DNA of 58,240 bases from a virus (taxonomy: Duplodnaviria; Heunggongvirae; Uroviricota; Caudoviricetes), in IMG/VR virus record IMGVR_UViG_3300033075_001233, positions 64,001-122,240 of that record; one strand, written 5' to 3'. The notes beneath the pieces were generated by a model. That model made no database searches and was not told the DNA's origin. It saw only the letters and a list, made by a program, of their open reading frames with translations. A program made the position numbers and the translations under genes. How positions within the stretch are numbered: the stretch's first letter is position 1; each line of letters starts with the position of its first letter. Positions 29,123-37,690 of the stretch are shown here, one piece after another.

Positions 29123-29537
29123 GTTCAAATGTTGTTATTTTAACGAATCTATTACTTAATTTTGCATCTATTAATTTTGTATAGTTGCTAGGATATATAA
29201 GAAATGGATATATTTGAAATGTTGATTTTCTATATGAAAAAAAGTTATTATTACACCATTCTAAAAAACATTTCTTAGGCGTAGCTGGATTATCAATGGT
29301 TATACTTATAACGTTAGGATGATAATATACACGATTGTGTTCTACAACTAAAACAGTACGTGTTTCTCTATATTTTTCATATACTTTCCTAGCTAAAGCT
29401 TTTGTAAATTGATCCTTTTTACTACATTTTAAAATAAAAATATGTAATTTAGTCGGAGATTCTTCATCTACTTCAGCAAAAATAGCTAATCTTTTTCCTT
29501 TTTCATCGTATTTTGATAAATTACTAAAATATTTCAT
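29094..29537 (-). CDS. Hypothetical protein
   Basis: ORF packing. Confidence 0.5.
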   Translation of the reverse strand: MKYFSNLSKYDEKGKRLAIFAEVDEESPTKLHIFILKCSKKDQFTKALARKVYEKYRETRTVLVVEHNRVYYHPNVISITIDNPATPKKCFLEWCNNNFFSYRKSTFQIYPFLIYPSNYTKLIDAKLSNRFVKITTFEHGSTRGIKA

Positions 29538-30007
29538 AGTTTTTTTAATTTTTCTTTATCTTCTTTTGTTTTAGCATCATGACATGGATTACAAAGTACT
29601 TGTAAACCATCCACTTCACAAAATAATTTTTCTACAAATTCTGGGAGATCAGATGCTTGTCTTAATATACCCGCAGGTTCGATGTGGTCAACAGTGATAT
29701 TCTTTCCAGAAAACCACTCTTTACACATATTACACTGATACTCAAACTTTTGTCTCTTATTTGGACCAGAATAATTCCTTCTGGATTTATCTCTACATAC
29801 AGATATTGGTTTCCAATATATTGTACGTCTACGTAAAGCAGACCGAATCATTGTCCAAAATTCAGATTCTGTCCAAGTATTATGATTCCTAGTTCTAGGT
29901 AATCCTTTTCTTTTCTTTGTAAGAGCTTTTTTCTTTACAGCTATGGTTCTTCTCTTTTTTGGTGAAGTATCGCTCCTCACTTTGTTGTTCTTTTGTTTTT
30001 TTCTCAT
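29534..30007 (-). CDS. HNH endonuclease
   Basis: CNMC...VDHIEP...LQVLCNPCHDAKT. Confidence 0.85.
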   Translation of the reverse strand: MRKKQKNNKVRSDTSPKKRRTIAVKKKALTKKRKGLPRTRNHNTWTESEFWTMIRSALRRRTIYWKPISVCRDKSRRNYSGPNKRQKFEYQCNMCKEWFSGKNITVDHIEPAGILRQASDLPEFVEKLFCEVDGLQVLCNPCHDAKTKEDKEKLKKL

Positions 30008-30291
30008 ATTTCGTCTATTGATTTAATCTCAATATCTAACACACTATCATCACACGCCTGAATATGATCTTCTATTAATCCCGCAATACTTTTCGCAGCA
30101 TTACGTAACTCACTGATTGTTTGCTCTTTAGATAATGGTCCTTTTACGCATACACCTACTCTTACTCTTATAACTATATCAAATTCGCCATCTATATCAT
30201 TCCAAGGTGCTCCATAGCTACCTTCTGTCAGATCGGGAGGAAGATTACTACTCATAAGTACAAATTTAAAGAACCTAGAAATAATATCCAA
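30004..30291 (-). CDS. Hypothetical protein
   Basis: SSNLPPDLTEGSYGAPWND; start uncertain. Confidence 0.5.
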   Translation of the reverse strand: MDIISRFFKFVLMSSNLPPDLTEGSYGAPWNDIDGEFDIVIRVRVGVCVKGPLSKEQTISELRNAAKSIAGLIEDHIQACDDSVLDIEIKSIDEI

Positions 30292-30321
30292 ATATTTCTA
30301 GGTTCTTGTTATAAAAATTAT

Positions 30322-31491
30322 TTAAAATCCTGATTCTTCACCTAAAGATGAAGGGGGAAATACAGGATCAACTGCCGCTATATATCTAATTTCAGGCATT
30401 GGACTACTATCACTAAAATATGTAGTTCTAATCGTATAATCAAGGGCTATATTAGAACCGTGATCCGATGCTACCACTGATGGTGAAGATGATTCTAATA
30501 CATCTTCTGCCCATTTCACTACATATTCAGTAGTATTACCAAAACTGGTTTTCATATATTCACCAAATTCCCTAATCAATTCATCTAATTTCTTATTGAT
30601 TTCCCTACTTGATTTACCTGTCACTTTATGTTTTTTAACAAAACAATTATCCAGTATAAACTGTTGAGGTACATTCCAAGTTTGATATCCTTTAGAAATA
30701 AGCTTATCTAACATTGATTTATGATATTTACGTACACTTTGACTACCACTAAATGATACATGATCTACATCATCATTTACTAAAATAATTACTTTAGAAG
30801 CATCCACTTTACCAGTAGCTAATATATGATATTTTTGATATAGATAATTCTCAGGAAGTACCACTGATATGTATGTAGGTATTGGTGGTACAGGCGATTC
30901 TATCATCTCATAATATAATGAATTATGAATATTAGTTAAACGAATAGTTCTACCTCTATATCTATATCTACCACAATAATCAGAAAATCCCATAAAATTA
31001 TTTATATCACCTATACTACGTGTATATGCATCAAAATAAGCATTTAAAGGAACCATATCTGAAATACTAATATATTTTTTTACATTTTCAGCTAATTTTG
31101 CAATTATTGTATCTAATGAAGAGCTATGACCTACTGTATGCAAATATCTACAAAACATATTTGGTAATACTTCGTTCTCTTTACTTTGTAATTTATAAAA
31201 ATTATGAGAATTACCTAAAATATAATTAATATCTGGTTTACTTAAAAAATCATTATCTAAGGTTAAAAATAGATAACTTAATGGTATAAAATCAGTATAT
31301 ACATTAATTAATCTTTCACTACCAAATTCGTCATCATCAACATTTACCTTTACCATAGTATTTAGATAATTGAGAGCTATATCTGAAGGAATTACATCTT
31401 CCTTATGACGTTTAAAGAATATACTTCTTTTTTTTGGTGCTCTCTTTTTAACCTCTTTTACAGGTTCTGCTAAAATGGTTTCGTCTGACAT
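30322..31491 (-). CDS. Hypothetical protein directly downstream of E1/ThiF
   Basis: 389-aa ORF overlapping the E1 3' end; no motif recognised. Confidence 0.6.
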   Translation of the reverse strand: MSDETILAEPVKEVKKRAPKKRSIFFKRHKEDVIPSDIALNYLNTMVKVNVDDDEFGSERLINVYTDFIPLSYLFLTLDNDFLSKPDINYILGNSHNFYKLQSKENEVLPNMFCRYLHTVGHSSSLDTIIAKLAENVKKYISISDMVPLNAYFDAYTRSIGDINNFMGFSDYCGRYRYRGRTIRLTNIHNSLYYEMIESPVPPIPTYISVVLPENYLYQKYHILATGKVDASKVIILVNDDVDHVSFSGSQSVRKYHKSMLDKLISKGYQTWNVPQQFILDNCFVKKHKVTGKSSREINKKLDELIREFGEYMKTSFGNTTEYVVKWAEDVLESSSPSVVASDHGSNIALDYTIRTTYFSDSSPMPEIRYIAAVDPVFPPSSLGEESGF

Positions 31492-32207
31492 AATTCTACA
31501 TCTTTAAGTTTATAATCAAAAATAGGAAGATACATTCTCTGATGAAAAGGTACATCCCTAAATTCCATAGCTAATTTACAATTTGTAAGAAAATTACATA
31601 AAACTGACGTTATTAATCCTCCAATAATCATAGCACTAAATGTAGTTTGCTTACTTGTACAATCTAAATCTGGAACATCTTTATCTTCAAAAAGCCATTT
31701 CTCCTGATATTCCTTTATAGCATCTTTATTATCATAATCCACCGCAAATATTTCAAGCGTTTCTAATAATAATCTGCCATCTATGAAAATGGCAGGCATA
31801 GGAGCTATATGTTTTCTTTCAGTTTCTACAAAAGACATCCAAGAATTAAATGCATTTTTTCTGGTTTCCATATTATCTAATGCACTTATACAAATACTAT
31901 CCATTTGTTCAGCATCTTCAAAATAATCAGCTATTGTAATTATATCATTACTACATCCAAGTTCAAGTATATTTTTTTTTACACATTCAACTTTTGGTTC
32001 ACCAATATTAGACTTTTTGTAAAATTGACCTCCTTTTACATTCGTTACATCTACAATATCTGGATCAATAATAGTAATATTGTGTCCTATTCTGGATAAA
32101 GCTAATGCTGTCCAACTACCTATACCTCCTACACCAATTAATGTAATATCTGTTTGCTGATCTGCCCAATCAGCACCACTCCATCTTGTTCCTTCGGCAA
32201 CACTCAT
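31470..32207 (-). CDS. E1-like (ThiF/MoeB/HesA) adenylating enzyme
   Basis: LIGVGGIGSW (GxGxxG), DPDIVDVTNV..Q, ISALDNMETR, FIDGR, and a Cys in DLDCTSKQ at the E1 catalytic-loop position. Confidence 0.9.
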   Translation of the reverse strand: MSVAEGTRWSGADWADQQTDITLIGVGGIGSWTALALSRIGHNITIIDPDIVDVTNVKGGQFYKKSNIGEPKVECVKKNILELGCSNDIITIADYFEDAEQMDSICISALDNMETRKNAFNSWMSFVETERKHIAPMPAIFIDGRLLLETLEIFAVDYDNKDAIKEYQEKWLFEDKDVPDLDCTSKQTTFSAMIIGGLITSVLCNFLTNCKLAMEFRDVPFHQRMYLPIFDYKLKDVELCQTKPF

Positions 32208-32209
32208 AA

Positions 32210-33532
32210 TTATATAATTTTATTTATTAATTCAATTTCTTCAGATATTACAGTAATCATTTCTGTTATCAGTCTTGATCTGAAAGAATATGGAAATAAA
32301 TAATCTTTAGTAATTTCCAGCAATTCGACAAAATCATCTGTACATTTATGAATATGAATTATGTCAAAATGTTCTGTCATAAGCATCTGAAAATCAATAA
32401 GATATGCATCCAATGCATCTTTTGTTAATAAAAGTTTATCTTGTTCAACAATCTTATCTATACAATCTCTGTAATCATCACCCAAATATGTAGAATCAAG
32501 AATAGAATTGAGAAAAGCTTTAGCGTGCCTTAATTCAAATGTAGGCTTTTTCTTTTTTTTCTGCTCTTTTTGATCTTTTTCAAATACATCTTTTGCAGCT
32601 TCCTCTTGTTCCCACCATTCTTTATCTGTCAACTCCATTATTTTCTTGGATTTTTTACGTCCATCCTTATCATATTTAGGACTGAGACTATATTCTTTAT
32701 CCACTTGATCTCCACTATCTTCGCTAAAATCAGGAAACATACTTCCTTGCATGAGTTTTCTTTGATATGCACTTCCTCCAGTACTTCCTCCATAATAACC
32801 TCCATATGACGGATATTTCTTTTTGTAAGCTTCCTCTTTCTTTTTCTTTTCCTCTTCGATCGCTGCTTTTACAACATTAAATCTTTCTTCAAATTCAGCA
32901 TCAACTGGAATATTTTTTTCTACTTCTATTCTGCAATCCATTACAACAAGTACTTCATTATCTTTTTCTCCAGATAATGTTAAAGGTTCAAAACCATCAG
33001 CATTATTTACAAAATGTAAACTTGTTCCTTTATCTGCTTCTTTTTTGCCCTTAAAAGCAACTTTTGCGCACCAATTACCATCAAAATTCACAATAAGCAT
33101 AAGGAAGTAATTACTTACCAGTGCTCTATCTTCAAGATTTTCCCAATCTGTACCACTAAAAAATGTAGTCATTCGGTGATGGGTGTGAATATGATGTAAT
33201 TTTTGTTTTCCTTCAAGAATATCAGGAAATTTATCGTATAATTCTATAATATCAGAGCTTTTAAATCCTGCTTTACCTACCTCATATCCAGTAAATCCGG
33301 ATGTACCTATATCAGCAAGAAACATATCTTCCGCTATTATAGTCCATTTATCTAAATCGTTAATTGTTCCTTCCTCTCTTGTTATTAATTCTCCACTCCA
33401 TTCAAAAGCTCCTACCTTATCATGTAAAAAATTAATTTTATTAACTAATGATTCAGTAATAATTAACTTAGGCTTGTTTGACAGTGGAAACCTCTCCAAA
33501 GATTTTTTCATAATTCCTTTGCTTGTACTCAT
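32210..33532 (-). CDS. JAB/JAMM (MPN+) metalloprotease with a long C-terminal extension
   Basis: Upstream Glu (FEWSG) and an exact HxH-x7-S-x2-D motif: HTHHRMTTFFSGTD. Confidence 0.88.
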   Translation of the reverse strand: MSTSKGIMKKSLERFPLSNKPKLIITESLVNKINFLHDKVGAFEWSGELITREEGTINDLDKWTIIAEDMFLADIGTSGFTGYEVGKAGFKSSDIIELYDKFPDILEGKQKLHHIHTHHRMTTFFSGTDWENLEDRALVSNYFLMLIVNFDGNWCAKVAFKGKKEADKGTSLHFVNNADGFEPLTLSGEKDNEVLVVMDCRIEVEKNIPVDAEFEERFNVVKAAIEEEKKKKEEAYKKKYPSYGGYYGGSTGGSAYQRKLMQGSMFPDFSEDSGDQVDKEYSLSPKYDKDGRKKSKKIMELTDKEWWEQEEAAKDVFEKDQKEQKKKKKPTFELRHAKAFLNSILDSTYLGDDYRDCIDKIVEQDKLLLTKDALDAYLIDFQMLMTEHFDIIHIHKCTDDFVELLEITKDYLFPYSFRSRLITEMITVISEEIELINKII

Positions 33533-34706
33533 CTTTTGTTTTTTTTAAATTAAATATTTCAAATTCTTCATATATAACTTTTGCATATTTTTCTATGACA
33601 GATACATCAAGTTTTGATTTTTCTGTTGTAATATCATTATACGCTCTAAACTTTATAACTTCACCATTTTTCCACGGTAGAATTGATGATCTCCTCTCTT
33701 CATTTATTATTTTTACCATTTCATCCGCTTCTTCTTTTTTATATCCTGAACCCCTTCTTAATTCTGAATATTTATCAAAATAATCATATACATCACTAAC
33801 ATCTTTTAATGATAATGTATCACCATCATATTGCCAATTTTTTCTATCAATTCCTTGTATTATATTTGATAAACATTTTCTAACTATAGCATCATCTATT
33901 GTTCTGGAATAAGTAATATCCCTCATAAATTTATAGGGGCCACCTTCTATACTTTCCCATTTAAGATAGTTTTCCAAAGACATAAACATTAAATTCCAGC
34001 AAGTTTCACTCATTTCCAGTTTAACATCCATAATTAAACGTGCAAAATCACTACTTCCAAGACAAAATGTTTCAAAACCATGTATAGCACTTCTAGATAA
34101 ATGACTATGTGCATAAGAAGATTCATATTCCTTTAAAGATGCAGTTAATCTTCTTCCTTGCATTTCAATATAACAACGATCAAATGAGCTATCAAGATTT
34201 ATTGTAAATTTAACATACAAATCCTGCATTTCATGTTTATCACCCCATGTGTTAGTTATATTTAAAACAGGGAAATGAATATATATACTATAAACTAAAT
34301 CATTATAGAATCTATCAATTTGTTCTTTAGAAATATATACACGATCTTCTCCAAAAATATCATTAACAATTGGTAAAATATCGTCAGGATGTACTAATTT
34401 ACCCTTTATACGAAGTGCTTCTATTGCATTTAGAACTTTTTTATTCCGAGATTTAAAAAATTTATCTATTTCGCTTCGCTCTTTAACAAATTCTTTAATT
34501 TGTGAATATTCAATAACTTTACTTATAGCACCTGTTTCAGGAATTTCAAAATTAAATATTTGACTAGCATCAGAAAATGCATTTACCTTATATATAGCAT
34601 CTTTAACTGCTATTCCTGATTGTATTAATTCACAATCATCATTTAATCGTATAAATATACCTATATCTATACTATAATCATTTAATTGTAATTTATCTTC
34701 TTCCAT
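33468..34706 (-). CDS. Prokaryotic E2/UBC-like protein
   Basis: Beta-meander then YAHSHL...TFCLGS (His upstream of a CL(G) Cys, as in E2 HPN...ICL), followed by WESIEGGPY; lies between the Ubl and JAB genes. Confidence 0.65.
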   Translation of the reverse strand: MEEDKLQLNDYSIDIGIFIRLNDDCELIQSGIAVKDAIYKVNAFSDASQIFNFEIPETGAISKVIEYSQIKEFVKERSEIDKFFKSRNKKVLNAIEALRIKGKLVHPDDILPIVNDIFGEDRVYISKEQIDRFYNDLVYSIYIHFPVLNITNTWGDKHEMQDLYVKFTINLDSSFDRCYIEMQGRRLTASLKEYESSYAHSHLSRSAIHGFETFCLGSSDFARLIMDVKLEMSETCWNLMFMSLENYLKWESIEGGPYKFMRDITYSRTIDDAIVRKCLSNIIQGIDRKNWQYDGDTLSLKDVSDVYDYFDKYSELRRGSGYKKEEADEMVKIINEERRSSILPWKNGEVIKFRAYNDITTEKSKLDVSVIEKYAKVIYEEFEIFNLKKTKDEYKQRNYEKIFGEVSTVKQA

Positions 34707-34721
34707 TCAATATTTTTAAAA

Positions 34722-34758
34722 TTAAAAAAAAAGCGGAAGATATTATATCTCCCGCTTT
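34722..34758 (-). terminator. Intrinsic terminator between the Ubl and E2 genes
   Basis: AAGCGGGAGATA-TAA-TATCTTCCGCTT followed by a long T run on the - strand. Confidence 0.8.
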
Positions 34759-34780
34759 ATCTTTTTTTTGAAAAAATCTA

Positions 34781-35212
34781 TTACATCATTGAACGAGCTT
34801 CATTCAGAGCTTCGTTACATTGAGCGCACTGCTCATCACTCAAATCTACATCGAAAAAATCTTCAATTACTTCTACGATTTCAGATTTCAATGCATTAAC
34901 TTCTTCGTTTGTAGCTTTAGATGCAGCTATAACAATTGCTTCAGCAATATCAGCACCAAGTTGTCTGGCTTGTGCTTCTGTCATACCAGCTTTATTTTTA
35001 GTAGGGATCAAATACACCCTGAAGTCGGTATCAGGAAGAGTAGCGTCATCCCTTGTGAGAGTAACGTTACCGGGTTTCAATACTGCTTCTACATCACCTG
35101 TAAGAAGGTCTGCAATTTGTTTTTTAAATTCACCCCACGTTGTTGCTGATGTGGATACTTGTTTTGCTTTGTTTGAAGCTGCGCTTGCTACGATTACATT
35201 TCTTGTTGACAT
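34781..35212 (-). CDS. Ubiquitin-like (beta-grasp) precursor: Ubl ending ..PTKNKAG76 plus a 67-aa helical extension
   Basis: Strand-strand-helix-strand pattern (RNVIV, KQVSTSATTWGEFKKQI, TLTRDDATLP, FRVYLIP) ending in Gly76; first gene upstream of E2-JAB-E1. Confidence 0.7.
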   Translation of the reverse strand: MSTRNVIVASAASNKAKQVSTSATTWGEFKKQIADLLTGDVEAVLKPGNVTLTRDDATLPDTDFRVYLIPTKNKAGMTEAQARQLGADIAEAIVIAASKATNEEVNALKSEIVEVIEDFFDVDLSDEQCAQCNEALNEARSMM

Positions 35213-35229
35213 AAGTTTTTTTTTAATTT

Positions 35230-35245
35230 TGTGTAAATATACACA
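35230..35245 (-). promoter_or_regulatory. Inverted repeat TGTGTA-N4-TACACA overlapping a TATATTTA -7-like element upstream of Ubl
   Basis: Perfect 6-bp arms 18 nt before the ATG. Confidence 0.4.
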
Positions 35246-35300
35246 TTTGTTGTTAATAGAAAAATATTTTTTTAAGGATTACGGTGTTAAAAACGGTTTG

Positions 35301-35510
35301 TTAAAAAATCTCAGACTGTCTTAACGTTTTTATATTATTTGTTTGTTGTTGAGAATCAATATTATATCTTTTTTGAAGTTGTTTTACAAATGACATAATA
35401 TCTGATTCTTTCCCTTTAAGTTCTTGTAAATCATTCATTACCCACCAAAAGGCACGATGTTTAAATAGATCAGCTTTCGCTTCGATTATATCTTGTTCTC
35501 TTGTTTTCAT
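35301..35510 (-). CDS. Hypothetical protein
   Basis: TAATG coupling to UDG. Confidence 0.5.
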   Translation of the reverse strand: MKTREQDIIEAKADLFKHRAFWWVMNDLQELKGKESDIMSFVKQLQKRYNIDSQQQTNNIKTLRQSEIF

Positions 35511-36292
35511 TAAAATGGAAGAGATTTGTCTAAAAATTCATTATAATCCCAATATATCTCTATATCGTTATTAGCTTTTAGAATTTTAGCGGTTTTTGAA
35601 AATACATTATCTGCAAGCCATTCTTCATTTCTATTCCTCGCTGCAAAAGAAGGATGGTCTGTTTCTAGTATATAGTTACCTAATGGATTTATATACTTTT
35701 TTAATTTTCTAGCATACGCTCCCATTAGTATATACACTATACCAGTAGTACTATATAAAGCATTCTGAAATAAATGTTTCTGAAAAGATTCCCATAAATT
35801 AGCTGTAGGAAATACATCTTTACTTAGTTTTAGATGACTTTCTATTCTATTTTTTTCAACAGTAAGGCTTGTATTTAACAATAATACACCTTGTTCAGAT
35901 AAAAAATCTAAATTTGTTGAATATTTTAAATTTTCTAATTTAAGATCATTCTGTATTCCATGCCATAAATATTTCAAGGATGGTTGCATCTCTATATCTC
36001 CAGTGTAACTATTACTAAAGGCTAAGCCATCAGCTATAATTTTTCCATTTTTCACTGTAGAATATGGTTCCATACCTATAATTACAACACTCAATTCATT
36101 ATATTTACATTTATTAAATGCATTATATGTATCGGCATATATAGGAAATATATCAATTCCTTTATTACTACGAAACTTTAAATATTGATATATATTATAT
36201 GCATCCTCAGTTTCAAAGAAATCCTTCATTTTAGGCCACCACGATTCATGAAATTTTGGCTCAAATTTGCTTATATCCAGCTTATTACTCAT
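35510..36292 (-). CDS. ung: Family-1 uracil-DNA glycosylase-like protein
   Basis: VVIIGMEPY (GQDPY variant), DGLAFS, QPSL, QGVLLLNTSLTV, HPS. Confidence 0.88.
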   Translation of the reverse strand: MSNKLDISKFEPKFHESWWPKMKDFFETEDAYNIYQYLKFRSNKGIDIFPIYADTYNAFNKCKYNELSVVIIGMEPYSTVKNGKIIADGLAFSNSYTGDIEMQPSLKYLWHGIQNDLKLENLKYSTNLDFLSEQGVLLLNTSLTVEKNRIESHLKLSKDVFPTANLWESFQKHLFQNALYSTTGIVYILMGAYARKLKKYINPLGNYILETDHPSFAARNRNEEWLADNVFSKTAKILKANNDIEIYWDYNEFLDKSLPF

Positions 36293-37272
36293 ATTACTCC
36301 TTTATTAATTAAACATTCTTTCCACGCATCTCTACCAAATCTTTTTTCCAAACTATAAGGATCGTTTATATCTGGAAGTAGTGATTTAGGAGGATTTACC
36401 CAATTCCATCCATATTCTTGTGTAAGAATAACAGATTGCTCAACTCCTTGAGGATCAGAGCCAAATGCTACCCATATATTATCTGCAAGATTATTAATCT
36501 GATCAGCTACAGACATAGTTATTTTAGCACTTTCATTTTGTGTTGCAATAACACATTCTGTAAATATAGAAGTACAAAGTAGGTCTTTCATACTCTTTAT
36601 AAGTACAAGTTTATTACAATGTCCTATATTATTAATATTCCATAGGTAATTATTAGGTACATTTCCTCTAAATTTCTCACCTTTTTCTCTTTCGGGAAAG
36701 TATATCTTCACTTTATCAATATCTTCAGCGTAGTAAGCAAATACCACCTCATTATCACCAATTCTCACTCTTCGTCTATTAATAGCTAACTCTTTGACAG
36801 CAAATGTGTTATATTTTCTTGCATGTTGTTCATCTACATCTGTACCTTCCCAGAATTGATAATGTTCTTTTCTCCACTTTTTTTCAGAAAATCCAATGTG
36901 TATTTCGCTAGGTTCATATATTGGAGCTTTATCTATAATTTGTATAGGGCGATATTCTCTCGTTGTTTGGGATATTCCCAAATCCTGACATATCTTATCT
37001 ATAGCCTCTCTATTTGAGAGAGAATACTTCTTTTTTACAAATTTTAATGCGTCACCAGCATCATCGTTTGAGAAATCTTTGTACATCCATATATTATCTC
37101 TTGAAAAGATAGTAAAGGATGGATGTCTGTCTCGTCTTAAAGGACTTGGAAAAGCCCTACTCACTGGAAATTTACTAATTTCAATAAAAAATACATCCCA
37201 TCCACCACTAGTGACAGATAGGATGTATTCCCATGTTATAGGAGATTGTTTTATTTCTCCTTTTGCTCCCAT
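36289..37272 (-). CDS. DNA primase (DnaG-like, crAss-type)
   Basis: SPLRRDRHPSF...YKDF N-domain, KIYFP, TOPRIM-like KSMKD...SDPQG, KDP-like NDP. ATG at 37272 lies 1 nt after the upstream stop. Confidence 0.8.
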   Translation of the reverse strand: MGAKGEIKQSPITWEYILSVTSGGWDVFFIEISKFPVSRAFPSPLRRDRHPSFTIFSRDNIWMYKDFSNDDAGDALKFVKKKYSLSNREAIDKICQDLGISQTTREYRPIQIIDKAPIYEPSEIHIGFSEKKWRKEHYQFWEGTDVDEQHARKYNTFAVKELAINRRRVRIGDNEVVFAYYAEDIDKVKIYFPEREKGEKFRGNVPNNYLWNINNIGHCNKLVLIKSMKDLLCTSIFTECVIATQNESAKITMSVADQINNLADNIWVAFGSDPQGVEQSVILTQEYGWNWVNPPKSLLPDINDPYSLEKRFGRDAWKECLINKGVI

Positions 37273-37273
37273 T

Positions 37274-37678
37274 TTAAATATATCTTTTAACCATTTTTTG
37301 AATAAATGAATCAATATCTCTTATATCGCCATCAATAGTACCAATATGAATATCGTCTATTATAGTAGATAAACTAGGTACGGGTTTTATATAACTATCC
37401 TGTAAATATAACTTAATTCTGGAAATAAGATTATCATCAATTTGATGACAATATGTAATCTTATAATCATCTTTAAACTTTGCAACCAACATCTTTTTTA
37501 AAACACTTATTTCTTCATCTATTTTATTTTTTTGACTAACTAGCTTATTAATTCTATCAATTCTTCTAGCCATAAATTCTTCATCTTTTTTTGGAAGTTG
37601 TCTTTTTGGAGACTCTAATAAAAGACGATCCTGTATCCTTTTAGCTAATGCTTTTGTCTGATTACTATTCAGTTTCAT
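37274..37678 (-). CDS. Hypothetical protein
   Basis: ORF packing. Confidence 0.55.
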   Translation of the reverse strand: MKLNSNQTKALAKRIQDRLLLESPKRQLPKKDEEFMARRIDRINKLVSQKNKIDEEISVLKKMLVAKFKDDYKITYCHQIDDNLISRIKLYLQDSYIKPVPSLSTIIDDIHIGTIDGDIRDIDSFIQKMVKRYI

Positions 37679-37690
37679 AATTATTTATTT

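Noticed and set aside
31470-32207. ThiF as a thiamine/molybdopterin or tRNA-thiolation enzyme
   Set aside because: No sulfur-relay or pathway genes nearby, no CxxC zinc sites, and the linked JAB and E2-like genes fit conjugation better. Not formally excluded.
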